Of a stretch of DNA of 64,000 nt, positions 26,447 through 33,195 are shown piece by piece. The DNA comes from a virus. Under the pieces are notes generated by a model, which was not told the origin of the DNA, made no database searches, and worked only from the letters and a program-made list of their open reading frames with translations. Both the position numbers and the translations under genes were made by a program. Numbering within the stretch: the stretch's first letter is position 1; each line of letters starts with the position of its first letter. The stretch lies in IMG/VR virus record IMGVR_UViG_3300029555_000004. One strand, written 5' to 3'.

Positions 26447-26555
26447 CCGTATAGTGGCGAAATATGTAGACGCTATTGTGGTAGCATAGGTTTCAACCCA
26501 CAACTTAGGTGACCTAAGTCGACAGCATGATAGGTGTAAATCCTATCCTATACGG
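26447..26555 (+). ncRNA. oversized type-II tRNA-like RNA (~108 nt)
   Basis: 8-bp acceptor CCGTATAG/CTATACGG, Leu-like D-arm TGGCGAAATATGTAGACGC, variable hairpin CTTAGG-TGA-CCTAAG, T-arm ATAGG-TGTAAAT-CCTAT; anticodon region non-canonical. Confidence 0.35.
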
Positions 26556-26588
26556 ACGTTTGGCGTGTTGAGTGATAACACACCTGAT

Positions 26589-26725
26589 TGAAAAGTGGCG
26601 GAACTATTGACGGTGATGAATCCGATACAATAGAAAGGCAGACGCAGAGGATAGTACATCATAATGGGTGAGTATGTGTCTTAGGACATGGGATGTACAT
26701 AGAAGTTCAAATCTTCTCTTTTCAA
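26589..26725 (+). ncRNA. 137-nt RNA with tRNA-like acceptor/T-arm minihelix
   Basis: Acceptor TGAAAAG/CTTTTCA 7/7, T-arm AGAAG-TTCAAAT-CTTCT, D-arm-like TGGCGGAAC...GCAGACGC split by a CTATTG/CAATAG hairpin; no 7-nt anticodon loop. Confidence 0.35.
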
Positions 26726-26948
26726 TTCTATCTACCAAGTGTAGATTGGAAATCTGACTTTAGCATAGCTATTGTTAGTTCTCGCACATAAATGAGGATT
26801 TGTTTGTGTGCGTTCGTGCAGGCATATAGACGCAACTCACTAGCGATCTTGTGCAAAAACTTTTTAGAGAGATAAGACCAATGCCCGTGAGGAGTGATAG
26901 TCGGGGATTCTAAAAAAATCATCTTGTTTAGCGTTTGAGGATGAAAAA

Positions 26949-27020
26949 AGAAACATAGCTCAGTGGTAGAGCAATGATATCCAATATCATGTGACACAGG
27001 TTCGATTCCTGTTGTTTCTA
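26949..27020 (+). tRNA. tRNA-Trp (anticodon CCA)
   Basis: Acceptor AGAAACA/TGTTTCT, D-arm GCTC-AGTGGTA-GAGC, anticodon arm ATGAT-ATCCAAT-ATCAT, T-arm ACAGG-TTCGATT-CCTGT. Confidence 0.9.
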
Positions 27021-27137
27021 TCTGGCAAATTGCCATTGCCAGAAGTTGCATTTTCCCCCTAAAGTTCCAGTGTTTCTCGTTGGGAGATTCATGCCGTTCA
27101 AGTCGGCACACTGGATTTTGAATGTGAGGTATAAGAA

Positions 27138-27503
27138 ATGAGAAAACCGATTATTTTATACATTGCACCTACTAGAAGAGATGTAGAATTGTTTTTACGT
27201 AAAACATTATTCCAAATTAAAAATGAACTTGTTCTGAAAACTAATTTTTCAACTAAAACTATTGAAACAAAAGATTACATTTTGAAAGCAATTGCTATTT
27301 CGGATTATCGCATTTCGCACGGACTTTATCCAATAAAATATTTTCTGCAAAGCGAATGTACATTTTCAATGCGAATATCATTTATTTCACCTATGTTTTT
27401 TGCTTTACAGACTATAAAAGACCATTTTTTGCCATGTACACAGGAAATTAACCAAGAACAGCTTATTAGTATTCTTAACGGAATTAATGAGGAGAAAAAA
27501 TAG
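27138..27503 (+). CDS. hypothetical protein
   Basis: ORF track; GAGG RBS. Confidence 0.5.
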   Translation: MRKPIILYIAPTRRDVELFLRKTLFQIKNELVLKTNFSTKTIETKDYILKAIAISDYRISHGLYPIKYFLQSECTFSMRISFISPMFFALQTIKDHFLPCTQEINQEQLISILNGINEEKK

Positions 27504-27505
27504 TT

Positions 27506-27652
27506 ATGGAAATTAATTGCAAAACCTGCAGAAAACATGATGACTTCACATGGGTTTGTTTCAATGGTGATAGCGAATATTGCGCAGACTTTACTGAACC
27601 AGAGTGCTGTTGCGAGTTTTGGGAAGGAAAAGAAGATGGAAATATGCGGTAA
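27506..27652 (+). CDS. small Cys-rich protein (48 aa)
   Basis: Read by eye: MEINCKTCRKHDDFTWVCFNGDSEYCADFTEPECCCEFW; GAGGAG RBS. Confidence 0.4.
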   Translation: MEINCKTCRKHDDFTWVCFNGDSEYCADFTEPECCCEFWEGKEDGNMR

Positions 27653-27797
27653 AGAAATAAAAGACGAATGCTCACACTGCGGAAATATTCTTGAATGTGA
27701 GTTATTCCGGCAAGGACATGGAATAAAACAGGAACGTGAAAACATAGCTAAAATGATTGCCTGTCAGATGAAGCACAGGGAGGAAAGAGAGAAATGA
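27636..27797 (+). CDS. small Cys-rich protein (53 aa)
   Basis: ATG 27636 inside ORF 27537..27797; CGKEIKDECSHCGN. Confidence 0.4.
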   Translation: MEICGKEIKDECSHCGNILECELFRQGHGIKQERENIAKMIACQMKHREEREK

Positions 27798-28033
27798 TTA
27801 AAAAACTTTCTAATTTTTGGCTCAAAAGAAAAACGGACAATCTTACAAAAATTCCTTTATTCATTATGATGTTCAATTGGAGAAAGTTTCAGAAAGATGG
27901 GAAAGATGGAAGCTGCTTATTATATGCGCTTCACCCAGATATTGCAAAGGATGCATTTTTGAGAGAAAAGTTGCAAGAGTGCGTAGATTATATCCGTGAC
28001 AACTACGATATGGAAACATTTACTAAGATTTGA
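27794..28033 (+). CDS. hypothetical protein
   Basis: ORF track; 4-nt overlap. Confidence 0.5.
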   Translation: MIKKLSNFWLKRKTDNLTKIPLFIMMFNWRKFQKDGKDGSCLLYALHPDIAKDAFLREKLQECVDYIRDNYDMETFTKI

Positions 28034-28043
28034 GGAGAATGCC

Positions 28044-28385
28044 ATGAGAATTGAAGAATTGAAAAATTGGACAGTAGATCAGCTGAAAGAAGTTGTTGTT
28101 CGTCTGGCTGATGAGAGCGAAGCAAAGCAACATGAAATTCTGAGCAAAAATAAGAAAATCAATGAGCTTCAGGCTAAACTTGATAAAATGTGCGATTACA
28201 ACAATAACTTAAAAAGGCAGGTGCGTGAAAATGCAGATACGCCACTTTATGATGAATCTGTAGAAATCGCAAAATGTCGCAGACAGCACCAGGATGATTG
28301 CATTACAATCAATCAGCTTCAGGCCGCATTGGATGTCATAGTTGACCGATATGCGAATCTGAGAAAGATTCATGGGGTGGGATAA
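28044..28385 (+). CDS. coiled-coil protein
   Basis: ATG 28044 after GAGGAG; heptad-like sequence. Confidence 0.5.
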   Translation: MRIEELKNWTVDQLKEVVVRLADESEAKQHEILSKNKKINELQAKLDKMCDYNNNLKRQVRENADTPLYDESVEIAKCRRQHQDDCITINQLQAALDVIVDRYANLRKIHGVG

Positions 28386-28389
28386 TGTT

Positions 28390-28665
28390 ATGAAAAACCA
28401 AATTACTGTTAGAAAATTAGTAAATATACTCGATGATCTTTCGCAGAGCGGCTTTGGAGATATGCCTGTATTCTTAGGCGAAAACTATCCGTTGTTAGAA
28501 GATTCGATAAGTATTAACACACATGAAAACAAGTTAAAAATCAGGAACACGTATTATGATGAGAAAATGACAGAAGCAATAAGAAGAGCCATTAAGAGGC
28601 TGGAATTTGTACATAGATCATATATATCAGATTGTTACGAAATCGGGAGAAGAATGGGAGAATAA
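28390..28665 (+). CDS. hypothetical protein
   Basis: ATG 28390 in ORF 28372..28665. Confidence 0.5.
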   Translation: MKNQITVRKLVNILDDLSQSGFGDMPVFLGENYPLLEDSISINTHENKLKIRNTYYDEKMTEAIRRAIKRLEFVHRSYISDCYEIGRRMGE

Positions 28666-28671
28666 GTTGAT

Positions 28672-28845
28672 ATGCCAAGTAATATGTCTTTTGAAACATT
28701 TATGTGCGCTTGGTTGAGCAACACTGGAAGCACCAGAGCATTGATGAGATACGGAATATACCTAACAAACAACGGAAAAAAGATGCACGGGGAACCAAAG
28801 GAACGTAGAGTTTCAGGGCGAAAAGGAGTAAGAAAAAATAAATGA
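28672..28845 (+). CDS. hypothetical small basic protein (57 aa)
   Basis: Read by eye; ATGA overlap with the gene at 28842. Confidence 0.35.
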   Translation: MPSNMSFETFMCAWLSNTGSTRALMRYGIYLTNNGKKMHGEPKERRVSGRKGVRKNK

Positions 28846-29075
28846 GTATTAAGTCAGCATTAGAATCCGAAGGAATAGATTTTTCTGAATACATGAACCA
28901 ACCCGAACCGTGGAATGGACAGGCATTGATACGGAATATTAACGAAACGAAATACGCCTGTTGCCCTTTTTGTCAGAAGAAAGCGCTTCTGATTAGCCCA
29001 GAGACAAAGATTCAGCATCTTAAATTGAAGTGCAAGGGAAGTAACTGCAAGAAAGAGTTTGAGGTGAATGTATGA
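28842..29075 (+). CDS. zinc-ribbon protein (Com-like pattern)
   Basis: CCPFCQKK...LKCKGSNCKKEF paired Cys motifs. Confidence 0.45.
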   Translation: MSIKSALESEGIDFSEYMNQPEPWNGQALIRNINETKYACCPFCQKKALLISPETKIQHLKLKCKGSNCKKEFEVNV

Positions 29076-29653
29076 GAATTGTGGTTAAAAGGATTCCGAT
29101 TGAGATCATCGAACTTGGAATAGAAACATATGCGCAGATTGATATCGAGGAAATTCTTCTTATATCTTATCCGCCAATTACAAAGACCGTTTTAAAATTT
29201 TATACTGAGTACATTGCGTTTGAATTCCAAAATGAATATTCAGTAAAAATAAAAAATGATGATGCAGTGATAAAATGTTATAGGGGAAACACTTTGAACA
29301 CTTTCATTCAGAAAGACGCAGGTGAAAGAACTGTTGCTGAATGGCGCAAGGTTATATCGCGTTCAGAAAACACTCCGTACATTGTTAGAACTATTGATTC
29401 TATAAAAGTGCCTGATGAAGATGTTATTAAAACAGTTGCCAGCGATGCGGAAGAACTTCAAAAGACTAAACCTGTGGAACTGGACGAACTTTCGGAAGAA
29501 ACCAAGTTTAGAATTTATAAATTAATTGTAAATGAAATTGGAAAGCATTTTTATAATTGCGAGATGCGTATGTCATATAAAGACTTTATACTTGTTGAGG
29601 ATTGCATCAGAAAAGTTTTGCAAGGAGAACAAGATGAACGCAAAACGGATTAA
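29072..29653 (+). CDS. hypothetical protein
   Basis: ORF track; 4-nt overlap. Confidence 0.55.
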   Translation: MRIVVKRIPIEIIELGIETYAQIDIEEILLISYPPITKTVLKFYTEYIAFEFQNEYSVKIKNDDAVIKCYRGNTLNTFIQKDAGERTVAEWRKVISRSENTPYIVRTIDSIKVPDEDVIKTVASDAEELQKTKPVELDELSEETKFRIYKLIVNEIGKHFYNCEMRMSYKDFILVEDCIRKVLQGEQDERKTD

Positions 29654-29813
29654 ATGTATTCTGACAGGTGGATGCAAGTTCAAAAGCTGTGATACAGAAT
29701 CAAAATGTAACGATAAAGAAAAGACCTGTACAATCACAGAAACTTGCTACAAATGCGGGAAGAAGTACACTGCCGTATTTACTTACAAACAGTTAGGGAT
29801 TTCAGTGAGGTGA
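29634..29813 (+). CDS. small Cys-rich protein (59 aa)
   Basis: ATG 29634 after AAGGAG inside ORF 29532..29813. Confidence 0.4.
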   Translation: MNAKRIKCILTGGCKFKSCDTESKCNDKEKTCTITETCYKCGKKYTAVFTYKQLGISVR

Positions 29814-29817
29814 ATTT

Positions 29818-30072
29818 ATGAAAGTATATCTGGTTTACGGAGATGTCCATTTTGAACAATATGGTTCAGAATTTCATTTATTTGGAGTGTTTACTTCAAA
29901 GGAAATGGCAGAGAAAGTCAAAAATCAGAAAGAGGAAGAATTCTACCGAAAAGAAATGAAAGAAAAACCGTGTTATCGTAATATCGACAGCAGGGAAGAG
30001 GTTGAATTCGAAATAAAAGAAATGCAACTTGATAAAATTTGCGACTTATTTGTAGGAGGATATGTCGAATGA
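29818..30072 (+). CDS. hypothetical protein
   Basis: ORF track; GAGG RBS. Confidence 0.55.
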   Translation: MKVYLVYGDVHFEQYGSEFHLFGVFTSKEMAEKVKNQKEEEFYRKEMKEKPCYRNIDSREEVEFEIKEMQLDKICDLFVGGYVE

Positions 30073-30656
30073 AAAAGATACCAACATTGTTTGAGCGAGA
30101 ATTTAAAGACCATAATGTTATAAAAATCCTTCCAAAAGTGCATCCGGGTATGGAATGGGTACTTGAAGGAGAAGGGATTGCAACAGTGAAATATGATGGC
30201 GTTTGTTGTGCCGTAATTGACGGACAGTATTATAAACGATACGACTGCAAGAAAGGAAAAACACCGCCAGAAGGATTTATCCCTTGTTGTGAACCAGACA
30301 CAATTACAGGTCATTGGCCGGGATGGGTAAAGGTTGATGAGAAAAATCCGGCTGATAAGTGGTTTGTAGAAGCGTATTATGTAACTTCAATGTGGACAAA
30401 TCAAGGTTGTAAATTACCAGATGGCACATATGAAGCTGTCGGAAATCATTTTCAAGGCAATCCATATTATGACGATGATGATTCTTTAGTAAGACATGGC
30501 AACAATATCGTTGAAGTCGAGCGTACATTTTATGGAATCAAGAAATATCTTTCCGAACACGAGATAGAGGGATTAGTTTTCTGGAAGGACGGAAGCCCAC
30601 AATGCAAAATCAAACGTTCAGATTTTGGCTTTGAATGGCCCGTCAAGAAAGCGTGA
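30069..30656 (+). CDS. minimal ATP-dependent ligase-like nucleotidyltransferase (RNA/DNA ligase family)
   Basis: Motif I KYDG (ATVKYDGVCC), motif IV EGLVFW, motif V CKIKRSDF; only ~195 aa, no OB domain. Confidence 0.55.
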   Translation: MKKIPTLFEREFKDHNVIKILPKVHPGMEWVLEGEGIATVKYDGVCCAVIDGQYYKRYDCKKGKTPPEGFIPCCEPDTITGHWPGWVKVDEKNPADKWFVEAYYVTSMWTNQGCKLPDGTYEAVGNHFQGNPYYDDDDSLVRHGNNIVEVERTFYGIKKYLSEHEIEGLVFWKDGSPQCKIKRSDFGFEWPVKKA

Positions 30657-30660
30657 CCAA

Positions 30661-30855
30661 ATGAACAAAATCAGAAAAATATGTTGGATAATTGCGAATT
30701 TCATAATATTCAAATGGGTAGCAGATTATTTGATAGGCACAATTCAAATGATGATTGAAAATCATTGGGGATTTTCGGCAGTACCATTACTGTTTATGGC
30801 AGTATTCGCAGAGTGGAAAGTAATTGAAAATATTTTTACGGAAATAAATAAGTAA
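30661..30855 (+). CDS. small membrane protein
   Basis: Two hydrophobic helices (ICWIIANFIIFKWV, VPLLFMAVFAEW). Confidence 0.45.
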   Translation: MNKIRKICWIIANFIIFKWVADYLIGTIQMMIENHWGFSAVPLLFMAVFAEWKVIENIFTEINK

Positions 30856-30876
30856 ACCAGTCAAGAGAGCCACATG

Positions 30877-30923
30877 AGAGCCAGACTAAATCCTAAAAAG
30901 AAAGGAAGTCTGGCTCTATTTTT
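30877..30923 (+). terminator. hairpin + T-run abutting the terL start codon
   Basis: Perfect 11-bp stem AGAGCCAGACT/AGTCTGGCTCT, 19-nt loop containing AAAGGA, then ATTTTT-ATG. Confidence 0.65.
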
Positions 30924-32675
30924 ATGGAAAAAATTACAGAAGGTTCGCTTGAATGGTATCGGACAGTCCTAAATCAGATTATCAATGGGGACATGACAAT
31001 CTATCAAAATCAAAAAGATTGCCTTGATTTGCTCTTAAATATGAATATTGACCTTCCTTTCGACAAGAACCAAGAAGCACGGAAAATGGCTATGAAAGTA
31101 AGTCAATACTCACATAACATAGCAGAGAAGTGTGCTGCATTAACTGGTAGTGGTGACTTTGACGATATCTACTGGCAGTATTTATTATTGGAATCACCAC
31201 ATTTGCTTGATTCATATGCCATGTATATAGAAAAAGATAGAAAACCAGAAGAACGGTTCTATTTACCAAGACGCAGAACATTGAAAAAAGTAGTAGATAA
31301 ATTACAAGCACTTGAAGAAGATGAACTTGACGAATTGTTTCTGCATCAGCCAGCCAGAACTGGTAAATCGCAAATTATTACTGTTGGAACCGCATGGCAT
31401 TGTGCAAGAAATTCAGAGATAAGCAACCTCTATGTTACATATAAAGAAGGACTTGGCGGCGCATTCCTAGATGGAGTTATGGAAATATGGACTGACCCCA
31501 CATATTGTCATGAAGATGTATTTCATTCAAAAATAGCCAGAACGGATGCAAAGAACCACAAAGTAGACCTTGAAAGAAAGAAAAAATATGCGACATTATC
31601 TGGAAAAGGTTTGGAATCTGGTTTGAACGGTGAGTATGACGCATATGGTTGGCTGATTCTCGATGATATCCTGGAAGGTATTCAAGATGTATTAAATCCA
31701 GATATTCTAAGAAGAAAGCAAATTGTGTTTGACAACAATGTAATGTCGAGAAAGAAAGAACAATGTAAATTGATTCTAAATGGTACTATCTGGTCATTGC
31801 ATGATTTGTATATGGACAGACTATCATTTCTTCAAAATAATCCAGAGGCAAAACACATTAGATATGATGTTCTTAAAATTCCAGCTCTTGACCCGGAAAC
31901 TGATGAGAGCAATTTTGACTACGATTACGGAGTTGGATTCAGTACAAAATATTATCGTACTATTCGTTCTAAATTTGAAGAAAACGATGATATGGCAGGA
32001 TGGTTAGCCCAATATCAGCAGGAACCTATTGAAAGAGATGGCGCTTTATTTAATGCGCAACATATGAATTTTTATAATGGACAACTGCCAGATGAAGAAC
32101 CATTGAAAGTAGTTTCGGCTTGCGACGTGGCTCTTGGTGGTAGTGATTACCTTGCAATGCCAGTAGCATATGTATATGAAGATGGTTCCGTATATATACA
32201 CGAAGTAGTATTTGATAACTCTGAAAAGAAATTTACTATGCCAAAAGTTGTATCAGCAATTGTCAATAATAAAGTTACGAATGCTTTTTTTGAAGCCAAT
32301 GCAGGCGGCGAAGGGTATAAAGATGAAGTAGAAGGAAAGTTGAAGGAGCAAGGGTATCAAACTAATCTTACTTCTAAATATGCTCAACAAATGATTTTGA
32401 ATAATGGTGGACACGCACCTAAATCAGCAGTTAGAAAAGAACAGAGAATTTGGGATAATGCTGAAAACATTAGAAAATTTTATTTTCTTGATACTGGATA
32501 TCAAAATGCAGAGTATAGAAAATTTATGAATAATGTCTATTCATTCACAATGACAGGAAAAAATAAGCACGATGACGCACCAGATTCACTCGCTAGCTTA
32601 GCAGTATTCTTAAAAAATGGAAGCGGAGTTGGAACCGCAACAGCAACACAGAATCCACTTTGGGGAAGGAGATAG
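30924..32675 (+). CDS. terL: terminase large subunit
   Basis: Walker A-like QPARTGKS, Walker B WLILDDILEG, C-terminal nuclease motif KHDDAPDSLA. Confidence 0.9.
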   Translation: MEKITEGSLEWYRTVLNQIINGDMTIYQNQKDCLDLLLNMNIDLPFDKNQEARKMAMKVSQYSHNIAEKCAALTGSGDFDDIYWQYLLLESPHLLDSYAMYIEKDRKPEERFYLPRRRTLKKVVDKLQALEEDELDELFLHQPARTGKSQIITVGTAWHCARNSEISNLYVTYKEGLGGAFLDGVMEIWTDPTYCHEDVFHSKIARTDAKNHKVDLERKKKYATLSGKGLESGLNGEYDAYGWLILDDILEGIQDVLNPDILRRKQIVFDNNVMSRKKEQCKLILNGTIWSLHDLYMDRLSFLQNNPEAKHIRYDVLKIPALDPETDESNFDYDYGVGFSTKYYRTIRSKFEENDDMAGWLAQYQQEPIERDGALFNAQHMNFYNGQLPDEEPLKVVSACDVALGGSDYLAMPVAYVYEDGSVYIHEVVFDNSEKKFTMPKVVSAIVNNKVTNAFFEANAGGEGYKDEVEGKLKEQGYQTNLTSKYAQQMILNNGGHAPKSAVRKEQRIWDNAENIRKFYFLDTGYQNAEYRKFMNNVYSFTMTGKNKHDDAPDSLASLAVFLKNGSGVGTATATQNPLWGRR

Positions 32676-32678
32676 AGT

Positions 32679-33101
32679 ATGATGACTACAGCTCAATATT
32701 TACGCCAGATTGAAAATTATGATAACAGAATCAAAAATAAGCTTATCGAAGAAGAACAGCTCAGTTCTCTTTCCACAAGTGTATCTGCAATTCCTGTTGG
32801 AGAAAAGGTACAAACTTCTGTAAAACGTGATCCAATGGGAGATATGGTTGCAAAGATATTTGATCTGCGAGAAGAGATTTCAAAAATGATATCCGAATTT
32901 TTACAAAAAAAACAGGAAATAGTCCGAACCATAGAACAGGTTGAAGACCCGTTGCTATACAACATACTATTTAAGCATTATGTTGAGTACAAATCTTTGG
33001 TTCGTATCGCAGATGAGATGGGATATTCCGAAATACATATGAAAAGAATGCACTTAAAAGCCATAGCAGAAGTAAAAAAGATAAAAGGTTTTGAAAGATG
33101 A
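32679..33101 (+). CDS. DUF1492/sigma-70 region-4-like late transcription regulator
   Basis: N-terminal YLRQIENYDNRIKNK, C-terminal HTH LLYNILFKHYVEYKSLVRIADEMGYSEIHMKRMHLKA. Confidence 0.6.
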   Translation: MMTTAQYLRQIENYDNRIKNKLIEEEQLSSLSTSVSAIPVGEKVQTSVKRDPMGDMVAKIFDLREEISKMISEFLQKKQEIVRTIEQVEDPLLYNILFKHYVEYKSLVRIADEMGYSEIHMKRMHLKAIAEVKKIKGFER

Positions 33102-33142
33102 TACTAAAGTATACTGAATGATACCACCAATATGTGTAAAAT
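33100..33142 (+). promoter_or_regulatory. conserved late box, copy A
   Basis: GATAC-N15-GATAC around AGTATACT, then TATGTG-TAAAAT; near-identical at 44890 and 59955. Confidence 0.6.
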
Positions 33143-33152
33143 ATAAAGTAGA

Positions 33153-33186
33153 GCATTGGATTAAAATATCCAGTGCTTTTTATTTT
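33153..33186 (+). terminator. leader terminator after box A
   Basis: GCATTGGA/TCCAGTGC stem, 8-nt loop, TTTTTATTTT. Confidence 0.7.
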
Positions 33187-33195
33187 GCAGAAAGG

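Noticed and set aside
26728-27111. 127-aa minus-strand ORF in the RNA island
   Set aside because: It overlaps tRNA-Trp and structured spacers, so it is most likely spurious.
30924-32675. Intein or intron in the unusually long (583 aa) terL
   Set aside because: The ORF is continuous with the Walker A, Walker B and nuclease motifs in normal order. No intein blocks or splice-like structures were noticed. The extra length is N-terminal.
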